Below, piece after piece: positions 1 to 11,713 of a DNA stretch of 64,000 bases. The notes under the pieces are model-generated. The model made no database searches, was not told the DNA's origin, and saw only the letters and a program-made list of their open reading frames with translations. Position 1 is the first letter of the stretch. Each line of letters starts with the position of its first letter. The stretch covers positions 930,001-994,000 of the forward strand of contig OZ037840.1 in the NCBI GenBank assembly GCA_964035575.1. Direction: 5' to 3'. Source of the DNA: Rhynchopus sp. YZ270_cl-10 (lineage: Eukaryota). A program made the translations under genes and the position numbers.

Positions 1-277
1 CAGCAGTGCTGAATTTTTGGGCAGCTGACCCCGATCTTGAAATCTGGATTCCTGCCTGGACAAGACACTAGTTTTCCACACACAAAAACAATGACTGACC
101 TCACACAAAACCACCGTTTTGGTGGGTGCTGGCTATATAAAACCCTGCACACAACCACGCGAAAAACCAAGAAAAAGGGGGTTTCCCACATATTTCCCCC
201 TTTACTGCACCACCACCACCCCTATATACATTACTGTACGCCACTACACAAAAAAAAAAAAAAAATCTTTCCATTTA

Positions 278-870
278 CAGTAGGACAAGAAACTTGGCGA
301 CCAAAAAAAAAAAAATTTGTTAGCCAAATAATATTGGCGGGTTTTGGGGGTTTTCTTGGTAGGATAGGTGGTTCTTGAGTCACATTGGTTGAGAAGTAGC
401 TTTTTATTTTTTTTCGCAATTTTGGGCAGGCTCTCCGCTAGGATTTCCGATTTTGAAAATATTCTGTTGATGGTCCACGTTGGTGGGGTACATGCTTGCG
501 CCGCAGGCGCACGGTACGCAACTTTTTTTTTTTACCAACGCCCGATTTTGACTTTTTTGGGACGTTTGAGCACTCACCTCTCCATATCTTCTTCTCCTGA
601 GCTTTTTTGACAAGTAGAACGGGTCTGAACCACTTAGCAGAACTTTTTTTTTTTTTCTTTTTTTCCCCATTTTCAAAAAGTTCTGTTGACAATCAACAGA
701 ACTTTAGTACCTAGCGGAGTGCCTGATTTTGGGTACCATTTTTGTGCCTCCCTTCGACTCTCCATGTGTACTTTTGGGTGCCTGCATGAGTGCCGACCAA
801 AAAATATTGGCGGATTTTGGAGGTTTTCTTGCAATTGGATATTTTTTTGGTCGCCAATATTGTCCTACTG
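278..870. mobile_element. Non-autonomous TIR element (Tc1/mariner-like MITE)
   Basis: Imperfect TIRs CAGTAGGACAA..TTGGCGACC (278-302) and GGTCGCCAA..TTGTCCTACTG (849-870), with TA on both sides (276-277, 871-872). An exact reverse-complement copy of the left TIR recurs at 51750-51774. Confidence 0.7.
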
Positions 871-1708
871 TAATACAAACAACTTTCGTGAGGAGTGATG
901 CAATGATGTGCAGATCCCGACTCGCGTTAGGTTGATTGTTGCAAACAAAAGAACACTGTCTATACCTTCCGTAGTACAAAGGCTTCGGCCCACAGGACAA
1001 AACCCCTAAGTTCCCCAAGCGGGTCCTTAGGCGATTGTCGACACAACAAAAAATAAAAATATTAACATTCTGCCTTTACAACCCTCAAACCCTATAGTAT
1101 ATAGTATACTTCCCCCCCTCCCCTAGTTTTGACAGTGCAACCTTTCCCCATGTATTTGCATGGGAAACAATATGACAAACAGGTGCAGGGTGGTTCCGTG
1201 CATATCATAGAACCCGGCACCTTGTGTGTCTCCCAAAAACAAAAAGCGTGGACCTGTTACACGCAGCATCCCCCCCCATTGTAAAGAAACTGCGCACCCA
1301 CTGGTTAAAATAACTTTTTTGTGGCCTCAAATCCCTTCCTCTTTTCCTGTAAGTTTAAAAAAAGCCCTCCGTTTTTTTAAAATGGAAAGTAACCAGCACA
1401 AACCACCCCAAATCAATTTGGTTTCCCCTTTCTCACCCCCCTCCCTTCCCCCCCTTTTTTTAAAAAAATATTTTAAGATGTTGTGCATGATGTACCTCCA
1501 TCTCGCGACCGCCAGTTGCCTAAATGTTTTTTTCTCTTTTGCTTTGAAAAGAAAAGAAAATAAAGCAAAAATGAAATAAACACAGAGTACCAAAAAAAGG
1601 GGGGGATGGGGAGGTTACCAGCGACACGGCATCCATAAGCCCTTACTAAGGGATATGAGCTCCACCTCTTAATTTTTTAGGCCCTCATTTTAGGATCAGC
1701 TAAAATTA

Positions 1709-2132
1709 CTGGGGGGGGGCTAATACAAGAGGTACTGCTAATACAAGAGGTATGCCTAATACAAGAGGTACTTTGAAATCGGGATTTTCACGATTTTTTA
1801 CCGGCTAATACAAGAGGTACTTTATTCTTTCCTTTATTTGACTTGATCACTTTTTTTCAAAAAAATAAATCGATGGTGTCAAATGAAAGGTTTGCTCAAA
1901 ATCTTTCAATTGCGGCCAGGTACGATCAAAAAGTTGAAAAATTTCCCGTGTTACTGGTTGGCGAGAGTAAAAATCCAGAAAAAAAATTAGCAAAAATCCA
2001 GAAAAAAAAAGCTAATACAAGAGGTACCTCTTGTATTAGACTTCCACCTAAAAAAAATTTTTTTAGGCGTAAATTCTTACGCCTAATAGAAGAGGTACCT
2101 CTTGTATTAGCCCCCCCCCCCCCCCCCCCCCC
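1709..2132. mobile_element. MITE with TA-CTG(9) end and repeated CTAATACAAGAGGTAC motif; right end disrupted
   Basis: Starts TA|CTGGGGGGGGG-CTAATACAAGAGGTAC and ends GTACCTCTTGTATTAG-C22. The motif is repeated several times in both orientations. Same architecture as the intact element at 7412-7857. Confidence 0.65.
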
Positions 2133-2134
2133 TA

Positions 2135-2353
2135 GGCATAGTGTGCAGACGAACAAAATGTTCGTCGATGTTCGTCGTGGGGGGGAAAAAAAAAATTGTT
2201 CGTCGATGTTCGTCGTTGTTCGTCGTGGGTTGCCCTTGTGGCAGGGACCTGTTCGTCGATGTTCGTCGATGTTCGTCGACGAACATCGACGAACAAAACC
2301 GACGAACATTTTGTTCGTCGACGAACCAAAAACGTTCGTCTGCACACTATGCC
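2135..2353. mobile_element. 219-bp MITE
   Basis: Perfect 20-bp TIRs GGCATAGTGTGCAGACGAAC/GTTCGTCTGCACACTATGCC, each flanked by TA within CCTAGG. The interior is built from TGTTCGTCGA repeats. Confidence 0.8.
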
Positions 2354-3931
2354 TAGGGGGTCCGACTCCCTAGTAAAATTTTGTCCGGTTTTCGTTTTTT
2401 TCAACATTCGGCCATTTCCCGGGCACCTCCGGGTGAATCCTGCCCCCAAAATAGGGTTTCTGGGCCCTGTGGGGCTAAATTCACCCTCTAGGTACCCCAA
2501 AATATGAAAAAAATTGAAAAATATGGTGAAAAATCGGGTTTTTGGCCTTTTGGGCACTATGTCCAGTTTTGACTAAATTTCCAAAAAAAAATCAAAAAAA
2601 GCCCCAAAAATAGACGAAAAAAGGAGTCTCTGGCCACAATTTCGGCCCAAAAATGTGTTTTGAGTCCATTGCAAACGGTTTTTCGCCTTTTCGCCACTTT
2701 TTTTGATGATTTTTTGGTGTTTTTAGGTGCAAAAACAACCCCAGAACAACCCCAGAACACTTTTCCACCACATTCTGGACCAATTTCTAGCCGAACTTTT
2801 TGCTGAAAACCGCCAAAAAACCACCCCTGTAAGTCAGATTATACCGAATGTTGCTCCAATTCCCACAATAACACCCAAATCTACGTCAGAAAATCGGAGA
2901 AAAAAAACACACTTTTTTCAAAAGGTCGTCAGGCAGGGTTCCACCCCAGAACAACCCCAGAACACTTTTCCACCACATTCTGGACCAATTTCTAGCCGAA
3001 CTTTTTGCTGAAAACCGCCGAAAAACCACCCCTGTGAGTCAGATTATACCGAATGGTGCTCCAATTCCCACAATAACACCCAAATCTACGGCAGAAAATC
3101 GGGGGGAAAAACACACTTTTTTCAAAAAGCTCATTATGGAACCCTGCCTGACGACCTTCTGAAAAAAGTGTGTTTTTCCCCCCCGATTTTCTGCCGTAGA
3201 TTTGGGTGTTATTGTGGGAATTGGAGCACCATTCGGTATAATCTGACTCACAGGGGTGGTTTTTCGGCGGTTTTCAGCAAAAAGTTCGGCCAGATATTGG
3301 TCCAGAATGTGGTGAAAAAGTGTTCTGGGGTTGTTCTGGGGTGGAACCCTGCCTGACGACCTTTTGAAAAAAGTGTGTTTTTTTTCTCCGATTTTCTGAC
3401 GTAGATTTGGGTGTTATTGTGGGAATTGGAGCAACATTCGGTATAATCTGACTTACAGGGGTGGTTTTTTGGCGGTTTTCAGCAAAAAGTTCGGCTAGAA
3501 ATTGGTCCAGAATGTGGTGGAAAAGTGTTCTGGGGTTGTTCTGGGGTTGTTTTTGCACCTAAAAACACCAAAAAATCATCAAAAAAAGTGGCGAAAAGGC
3601 GAAAAACCGTTTGCAATGGACTCAAAACACATTTTTGGGCCGAAATTGTGGCCAGAGACTCCTTTTTTCGTCTATTTTTGGGGCTTTTTTTGATTTTTTT
3701 TTGGAAATTTAGTCAAAACTGGACATAGTGCCCAAAAGGCCAAAAACCCGATTTTTCACCATATTTTTCAATTTTTTTCATATTTTGGGGTACCTAGAGG
3801 GTGAATTTAGCCCCACAGGGCCCAGAAACCCTATTTTGGGGGCAGGATTCACCCGGAGGTGCCCGGGAAATGGCCGAATGTTGAAAAAAACGAAAACCGG
3901 ACAAAATTTTACTAGGGAGTCGGACCCCCTA
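2354..3931. mobile_element. 1.58-kb near-perfect palindromic TIR element with TAGGGGG termini
   Basis: Arms of about 770 bp (2354-~3124 and ~3160-3931) are near-exact reverse complements; ORFs 2557..2760(-) and 3525..3728(+) are identical mirrors. Each arm has a ~190-bp internal tandem duplication. Flanked by C runs. Confidence 0.85.
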
Positions 3932-5115
3932 CCCCCCCCCCCCCCTATAGGGGCTATCAAATGCTGTATAATTTTGTGGCGCTTTTCTCCTACTCATGGG
4001 GGGCCCATAGGGGTGCCCAATGAGGGGGCCCAAGTTTGTGCGCCAAATCGGCAACAAATATGGATGGAAACTGAGCCAAGCTGCAAACCTGACACCGCAG
4101 TATGATTTCCTCAGCGGGGAAGTTAAGAAGGGCACCTTATACGTTGTTGGCGGCAATGCTATGAAGGTATTTTGCCCCAGCCTCTAAACCAGCACTTTCA
4201 GCTGCGTCAGTGGTGTATCTGTGGTGGTACCTCTCCTCCGTGAAATTATTGAAGTGCGATAAAAACCAAGAAGGTGAGTTGTCGGCTTCTGAAGCACGTC
4301 CCCACCTCTCCACGTTAAAGAGTTGGCTAACTACATTGTCAAATTTATAAGCAACTCCAAACTCCCACCTTGGTTCCCTGAATCCTACGTGTCCAGCATC
4401 AACTGCACACTGAAGCCAGCCCAACAGACACAGTGTGCCGTAATAATGTTCGACCTTTTCAGGATTTTATTGGAAGTTCGACCTTTTTTACGGTCGAACA
4501 TATTTACGATGGCGGTACTAAGGGCTTAAGAAATTATTACGGATGCCGTGCAGAGAGTAAACGAGTACTCTTAATAGCCCCCCCCCTCCACCTTCCACAC
4601 CCCCTCCACCGCACACTTCTCCGACCCCCCCTTTTTTTAACGTTTACGATTCACAGGCGTCTCAGTGTTTGTTGAAACATTGGTCATATGACAAGACCTC
4701 CGCCCATTAGTGCAGTGCTGTTAGCTTGCCTTATGTTCGAGGGGTGTGTTTCCTGAGCTTTCACAAAAAGGGCGTTTTTTTTTACTTTTTTTTTTTTTTT
4801 ACTTTTTTTACTTTTTTGAAACACCATTGTGTCTCATCTCCTAGGAAGAAGAGATACTCCAAAAAAAAAAAAAATGCAGAAAAAAAAAAAAGGAAGGTTG
4901 TACGTGTTACACCCTTTAGTGCTTACTGTTTGTGTTATAAATAGTAAGTATATGAATGTACTTTTTTACTTTCATAATTGGTGTGAAAGTAAGAGTTTGT
5001 TTCAAAGGTCAAACGAAACTTCTCATTTCCACACCAATTCATAGCTTTTATTTAAGGTGGCTAAGCACGAGAGGCTTAGGATCATCTTATAATTTTTTCT
5101 TTATTTTTTATTTTC

Positions 5116-7388
5116 TATGTTTTTCACTTTTCTATTTTTTACTTTTATTTTATTTCTCTTTCTTGTGTGTTTGCTGAGGTTTTCTATCTGATACACAGAC
5201 AGGATGTGTTGGTATTTGTTTGGATTGGTAGCAATTATTGCACGGAATACTTTACGTATACACGGCAGCCATCAAGACCAAGACTCTTTAGGTTACTCTT
5301 CCTCCTGGTGATCAAACATTACATCCAGTAAGGACAGAGAAAGGAATAAGAAAAAAGAAAAAAAAAACTTTTGTATTTTGTGTATTCCCGAAACAAAAAA
5401 CTGAAGTAGAAGGTACCAAATGTTCACACGAACATCGGTTTCACGATATTCACCCACCATTTAAAGGGAAATCACTGAAGATGTCCACCCTTTTGAATAC
5501 AACTGTATGATTCTTAGGACTGAAACAGGGTTAATATCAGAAACCAATCTACTGAAGTTTCAACTTGTGCACGAAGCATTTTACTTTTCTTTTCTACGTT
5601 TTGCAAAACACACACCATAAAAAGAAAGATGGGACCATTTTTGTTGATCCCTCACCATATACTATCAATTTATTGATTGCATATGATGAAAATACTTTTT
5701 ATTTACAAGTGCCTCCAGACATGCTGTGAAAAACTGAGCCTCGCTTAGAGTATGTTGCGGAATGGTCTCTAGTACATTAGCCCTAAAAAGCTAAACACAT
5801 AGTGCAAACTAGTTTATATTTATAGATATATTCTACTGCTGCACTATGCTTTGTTTACTCATAATTACAAAGGAGTTAACAGAAAGTCGAAGCACACAAT
5901 ACAGCTGTCCTGTGAACTTCGCACTACACCCCACCCCCTCCCTACCTCTTTGAAACAGTCAAAAAAGAAATCAAAATAAAAAAAAAAAAAAAAAAAAAAC
6001 AGCAGAAAAAGAGACCAAAAAAAAAAATGATATAATAACAAGGGAGAGCAAGTAGGTTATTTAAAGTAGGTTGACGACACCGAAACCCCAATAAAAAAAA
6101 ATGTGTCCGTTTATGGTGTCAACGTTAAAGACTACCAGAAGCAGCTCAGTGCATTCTGAAAAAAATAAGCGAGCGATTCTAGGCTATATATGTTCATGAA
6201 GCCAATGAATCTAGATAAAGGTCCTATTTCAAAGAATTCCCACAAACAAACACCACTTTTATTTTTACTTTTTTTCAACAAACCAAATAAAAAGAAAAAA
6301 AAAACTCTTTTTCACCACTGGAAGGGACTAGACCTCGTACTTGACCCTTTCAGTGAGACGTCAGACCAATGTATTACATTGCCACACCCTGGGTAAGCTG
6401 TGCAGTCTGTAGGCCTACTACAAAAACCGCAAAACTTTGGAAAAAAAAAAGAACGAAGATAATAGGTATATCGCAGTAGTAATTTGGTCGTGGTTTACCA
6501 ATGGTAATGTCCACGACGCAGTTTATATGGTTGTACTCAACGCGTACTATGTCACTAGTGATGAGTATTTTTCTCGCAGGAGCGATTTGGTCTTGGTGGG
6601 CATCTTAGCTTTCCCATTTTTAAAGGGACAATAGCCTTGAGACTAAGACTCCAGGACACATATTAAATTGTTTGCAATGCACGTTTTGCTATCTCTTTGT
6701 ACTACTCTAGTCTTTGTGTAGGTGTTTCAATACAATGGACAATGGATGATTAAACTGGTTTTAATCATTGCTTGGACGGCGAACTACTAAGTCCAGAAAA
6801 TTCAGTATGTTTTTCACTTTTCTATTTTTTACTTTTATTTTATTTCTCTTTCTTGTGTGTTTGCTGAGGTTTTCTATCTGATACACAGACAGGATGTGTT
6901 GGTATTTGTTTGGATTGGTAGCAATTATTGCACGGAATACTTTACGTATACACGGCAGCCATCAAGACCAAGACTCTTTAGGTTACTCTTCCTCCTGGTG
7001 ATCAAACATTACATCCAGTAAGGACAGAGAAAGGAATAAGAAAAAAGAAAAAAAAAACTTTTGTATTTTGTGTATTCCCGAAACAAAAAACTGAAGTAGA
7101 AGGTACCAAATGTTCACACGAACATCGGTTTCACGATATTCACCCACCATTTAAAGGGAAATCACTGAAGATGTCCACCCTTTTGAATACAACTGTATGA
7201 TTCTTAGGACTGAAACAGGGTTAATATCAGAAACCAATCTACTGAAGTTTCAACTTGTGCACGAAGCATTTTACTTTTCTTTTCTACGTTTTGCAAAACA
7301 CACACCATAAAAAGAAAGATGGGACCATTTTTGTTGATCCCTCACCATATACTATCAATTTATTGATTGCATATGATGAAAATACTTT
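5116..7388. repeat. ~583-bp direct repeat pair (5116-5698 and 6806-7388)
   Basis: Apparently identical sequence at offset 1690. Diverged partial copies at ~10880-11045 and ~19110-19368. Confidence 0.85.
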
Positions 7389-7411
7389 ATTTTTTTGTCC
7401 CCCATCTTTTA

Positions 7412-7857
7412 CTGGGGGGGGCCGAATAAACGAGGTAATTCGAATAAAGCACGTACGTCGAATAAAGCACGCATTTGAAAAATGGGTTTTTTGCTTTTTT
7501 TTGCGTCGAATAAAGCACGTACGTGTTTTATTCGACTTTTTGAACTTTTCCTGTGTTGTGACAAGGTAGTTCGTATTTTGTGAAAATTTAAGTCGCTGAA
7601 ATTTTGTCCATTTTTCCGTATATCCCCCACCACAAGCCGGGATTGGCTCGGAAATGCAGCAAAATCACCTCTTGGGCGAAAAAAAAATCGAAAAAAAATT
7701 GTGACTGGAAAAACTTTCCAAAAAGTTCAAAAAGGCGAATAAAGCACGTACGTGCTATATTCGCCTTTTCGAACTTTTTTTTTTTTTTTAAACCTCAGGA
7801 TCTGAAGTGTAGGGACGCCTAATAAAACACGTACGTGCTTTATTCGACCCCCCCCAG
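7412..7857. mobile_element. TA-flanked MITE (Tc1/pogo-like)
   Basis: TA|CTGGGGGGGG..CGAATAAA ... TTTATTCGA-C8-AG|TA, with internal repeats of CGAATAAAGCACGTACGT. Confidence 0.75.
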
Positions 7858-8321
7858 TAAGCGTCATCGTTTTTATTGTTGTTTTGCGTTTCCCGCGTCC
7901 CCTCACCCCCCGGAAAAAAATTAGTCAAACATACCAAACCGGTTCACCCCCTACTCCCATCTTCACCTTTTCCTCCCGCTGTTTTCGCCGTTTTTTCATA
8001 TTGCATTGCGGTCTAAAAAAGGACTCTGGCACCTCCTACTGCAAAGCGCTCCTTCTATTTCCTCTCTTTTAAGGATCCTGTGAAGAAAAACCGTGGCTAT
8101 TATCTAGTGATAGTAGTCTATAATCAAACAAAATGTTACATTGCGGTCCGTTCTTTCGTGACAAAGCAGTGCTGGCATGCCACGTCTCTCCTTCAGGAGG
8201 CCGCTCGGTAGGTCATTTGGCACCATTTACATGGGAGAGGAAGGAGCGTCGTGCGCTCTGTACATGAGTGTGATGGTAAACGAGACAATCACTTTATACA
8301 CATTCAGGATACACAGACAAA

Positions 8322-10490
8322 ATGGGGTGGCTTGAGAGCGTGCTGTCGCTGGATGGGACGCTTGACAAGAATGAGCGTAAGAAGCGGACGCTGTTTTTGC
8401 TGTTCATGTCTGTGTCGTCGGTATTTTTCCTGGTGTATATGGCGTTGTTCATCTATGTCAGCTACAGTACTGAGCTGCGTGGGATCGCGATGGGTGCGCT
8501 CTTCATCGAGATAGTGGTCACCATATACGTCATGATTCAGGTCTTTTGCAAACGTCCGCTTGTGGAGCGACTCGTTCTGTGGATAGGCCTGAGCCTCTCA
8601 TTAACAGTGTTCTGCATCGACCTGACGGCAAGGAGCATATCTCAAACCTCGTGGCCTGCTCTTGTGCTTGTGGTGGACTTCTTCCTTGTGATGCAGGTGA
8701 ATGATCGGATTGTATCCATACTCGTGGTGACGACCATATGCTACCTTGTCGTCATGGCGTTCGAAGACGTCTTCAGGTTCGGAATCTTCGATCTGCCAGG
8801 CCTCATCCCACAGGAGGGTGCGTTAGGGAGGAAGGAACACCTGCGTAGGATGACAGACTGCTCGACCCCTCCCTGTGCCGTGCCGGCGAACCTGGCCGCT
8901 GAGAATCTTCTGTCCTCGGTAGTGGTATTTGTTCTGGACTTCATCGCAACGAGAGGCTTCGCTCGCACCCTCCTAAAAGAGCAGGCAGCAATGGAGAGAA
9001 CGATCAGTGTGGTGCAGGAGATTGCGAGTCTGCTTGCCAAGTACGATGTGGAAGGTGTGGCGGAGATGCTGAAGGTGCAAAGGGACGAGCTCCCAGAGGA
9101 GATGCACGCAACACTGCGGAGGATGGAGGAGAACCTGCGGAAGTACCGTCCCTACCTCCCTGCAGCGCTGTTTGAGGAGGAGGGTGGTGTGCCAAGCGCG
9201 TCTGTGCCGCCACCTGTGCTTGAGAACGATGTGGGAACGATTGTCTTTACAGACATCCGTTCGTCGACGTCGATCTGGGAGTGTGCGCCAGAAGGGATGT
9301 GTGCTGCGTTGAAGATCCACAACGCTGTGATGCGTGAGGTGATGCAGGTGTTTGGTGGGTACGAAGTGAAGACAATCGGCGACGCCTTCATGGTTGCCTT
9401 CGCATCAACAGCTGACGGTGTGAACTTTGGCCTGAAGGTGCAGGAACGTCTTCGTGAAGCAAACTGGCCTGCGTCGCTGCTTGAGGAGGCACCGATCTGT
9501 GCTGAACAGGGCTCACTTTGGGGTGGACTGACTGTGCGCATTGGTGTGAACAGTGGTCCTGTGACTGTGGAGCAGAACACACTGACGGGACGGACAGACT
9601 ACTTTGGACACACGGTGAACGTTGCGTCACGTCTTGAGAGTGTGTGCACGCCAGGAGCTGTTGCTGTACTTTCTGACCTGTGGACTTCTGTCTGTGGGTT
9701 GTGCAGTGCTGTTGCTAGTGAGGCTGAAGCACTTGACTTGAAGGGTGTGTCACAGCCAATGTTTGTGCGTTGCTTGTGGCCTGCTTCACTTGCGCGTCGA
9801 GCACACAACCCTCTTGCTGATGTGGACATGCGTGCACACTCACTGAGCGTGTCTATCAAGGGACGCAGGATGTCAATAGATAATACACCGCTGTCGTCAT
9901 CACAGGGCTCAGCTGGGTCAGAGTGCGCAACTCCAGCCCTGCTGTCAGAGTGCGCAACTCCCAAGCTGCGCTCACAGCTGGGTCGTCGGGTGACCGGCAC
10001 TGTTGGTGTTGTGGACATTGAAGTGGGTGACGAATCTTCCCTGAAATCACTGTACGCAATGAACGCAGGACTTGCAACACTCACGATTGCACTGGAGCAG
10101 AGCGGTGGGAGCCTGGTGACGCTGCTTGGGAGCTGTGTGTGCGTTGGGTGGAACGTGACCCGTTCGGCACCTGCACACATGGAGAACGCGGTGCGGTTTG
10201 CACAACGGATGATGGCGAAGACTGCGTACTTCAAGGGTGCTGGCGTTGTGAGTGGTCCTGTGCAGCACGGGGACATTGGCAGCCACAAACAACGCTTTGT
10301 GACAGTGTTGGGGCACATTGTGCGACGGAGCTGGACGCTGTGTGAAGAAGCTGTGCGTGAGGGGGGCACATGCCTTTACGAACCCGACAGCACAACACTG
10401 CCGTCTGCACTTGAAGACACTCTTGTGCAACACAAGGGTGGTGGCTACAGAGTGGTTCAGGAGAGCAGGGACAGAGTGGAGTGCATTTGA
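8322..10490 (+). CDS. Multi-pass membrane class III adenylate cyclase, copy 1 (722 aa)
   Basis: Hydrophobic N-terminal helices, then TIVFTDIRSST, YEVKTIGDAFMVAF and DYFGHTVNVASRLES (both metal Asp, ATP-specifying Lys/Asp, and Asn/Arg). A degenerate second cyclase-like domain lies at the C-terminus. Confidence 0.92.
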   Translation: MGWLESVLSLDGTLDKNERKKRTLFLLFMSVSSVFFLVYMALFIYVSYSTELRGIAMGALFIEIVVTIYVMIQVFCKRPLVERLVLWIGLSLSLTVFCIDLTARSISQTSWPALVLVVDFFLVMQVNDRIVSILVVTTICYLVVMAFEDVFRFGIFDLPGLIPQEGALGRKEHLRRMTDCSTPPCAVPANLAAENLLSSVVVFVLDFIATRGFARTLLKEQAAMERTISVVQEIASLLAKYDVEGVAEMLKVQRDELPEEMHATLRRMEENLRKYRPYLPAALFEEEGGVPSASVPPPVLENDVGTIVFTDIRSSTSIWECAPEGMCAALKIHNAVMREVMQVFGGYEVKTIGDAFMVAFASTADGVNFGLKVQERLREANWPASLLEEAPICAEQGSLWGGLTVRIGVNSGPVTVEQNTLTGRTDYFGHTVNVASRLESVCTPGAVAVLSDLWTSVCGLCSAVASEAEALDLKGVSQPMFVRCLWPASLARRAHNPLADVDMRAHSLSVSIKGRRMSIDNTPLSSSQGSAGSECATPALLSECATPKLRSQLGRRVTGTVGVVDIEVGDESSLKSLYAMNAGLATLTIALEQSGGSLVTLLGSCVCVGWNVTRSAPAHMENAVRFAQRMMAKTAYFKGAGVVSGPVQHGDIGSHKQRFVTVLGHIVRRSWTLCEEAVREGGTCLYEPDSTTLPSALEDTLVQHKGGGYRVVQESRDRVECI

Positions 10491-11591
10491 TGACAGTTGC
10501 GATATATCAGTTTGGTTTTGACTAAAGTGTCCCCGATTATCTTTACCCGCAAATAATAGATATTTTCCCAAATAACTGTTTTTTCCCCAGTACATTTTCC
10601 CCCTTTGGAGGCTGCGTTCAATGCAATCATTTGTGCAGAATAGTTAGAAGATGTATATTATTTCCCATGTTCCCCATGTCACTCACACACATTACATACA
10701 CATCAGGAAAATTGTGACTGAGTGTGGGGATGCGTTCACGAATTAAACTCTACCCCTAATCCCCGTGTCGTCTTCAGTTTTCTTTATTCAACGGCAAGTG
10801 GATGCGTAATAATTTTGCTTTTTTTTTATTTTGCTTTTGTTTCTCCTGTTTCTTGCTTCTGTGAAATACTTATTCTGTGTGTGGTGATGTTTTCTATATG
10901 ATACACAACCGGGATGTGACTGGTCTTTGTTTGCATTGGTGGCAATTATTGCACGAATACTTACGTATACACGGCAGCCATCAAGAGTAAGACTCTTTTG
11001 GTGGCCCTTTCTCCTGGTGAGCAGAGACATATCCCGTTAGGACTGCTCCACGTAGCTGCTGCAGCGCTCACATTTCGCATTTCTTGTTTTGAGACTGAGA
11101 GTACATGTTGTGCCACTTTGTAGCGTGGTATGCGTTGTGAATTAATCGTCCCTCCCCATATTTCTTGCAAAAACGGAGGGGGTAAAAAAGTGATCGGGGG
11201 AAAGAAGCGCTGTAATGAGCACTTTTGTTTTCGTGTTCTGTTCTGTTGATGTACCCGAAGAAGATCTGTTTGTCAAAATAGGAACGACGTAAATTGCTGA
11301 CCCCCCCTGCTTTTTTGCACAGTTTGCAAAACTATCTTGCTTGTCGTTATCTTTTGTGGTTAACATAAAACTAAATGCCTTTTTCGGCAAAGAAAAAGAC
11401 AAAATCCAAGAATCAAGAACCGAGGATAAAACCAAAACGGTAATGAAGCTTGCAAAATGATAGTGGAGGTTTTTTCGTAATGTTTTATTCTCCCCGATTT
11501 TTAAAGACCAGGGGATATTAGTATGCCGGTGTGCCGGTGTGGCCACACCGGAAAAGCCGGTGTGGGATTTTGAGGAAAAAAAAGAAAAAGT

Positions 11592-11629
11592 CCAACGATT
11601 TCTAAAGCTACAGTTTCTGTACTTCATTG
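11592..11629 (+). other. Genomic copy (relic) of the euglenozoan spliced-leader exon
   Basis: CCAACGATTTCTAAAGCTACAGTTTCTGTACTTCATTG contains the conserved ACAGTTTCTGTACT core and ATTG end of kinetoplastid/diplonemid SL exons. The 5' part resembles the diplonemid SL as recalled from memory. It is not followed by a GT donor or SL intron. Confidence 0.85.
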
Positions 11630-11713
11630 GGAGGACACAGTGAATCAAGAATTAACCCTGAGCACATCCCAACTGCTCCCCCCCTCCCCCCAAATAAGCC
11701 ACCCCCCTCCACG

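Noticed and set aside
1720..2340. CRISPR-like short repeats (CTAATACAAGAGGTAC, TGTTCGTCGA)
   Set aside because: Irregular spacing, both orientations, bounded by TIRs, no cas genes, eukaryotic context.
3950..4560. Moderately GC-rich stretch with short ORFs after the palindrome
   Set aside because: No recognisable motif and stops in the likely frame; a gene call cannot be supported.
5116..7388. LTR retroelement (TRIM/LARD) interpretation of the 583-bp direct repeats
   Set aside because: No TG..CA pair of ends, PBS, PPT or TSD found; diverged copies behave like array spacer sequence.
11630..11713. HDV-like ribozyme or Pr77-type signature at the LINE 5' end
   Set aside because: I could not build the nested double pseudoknot; the sequence is C-rich with little pairing potential.
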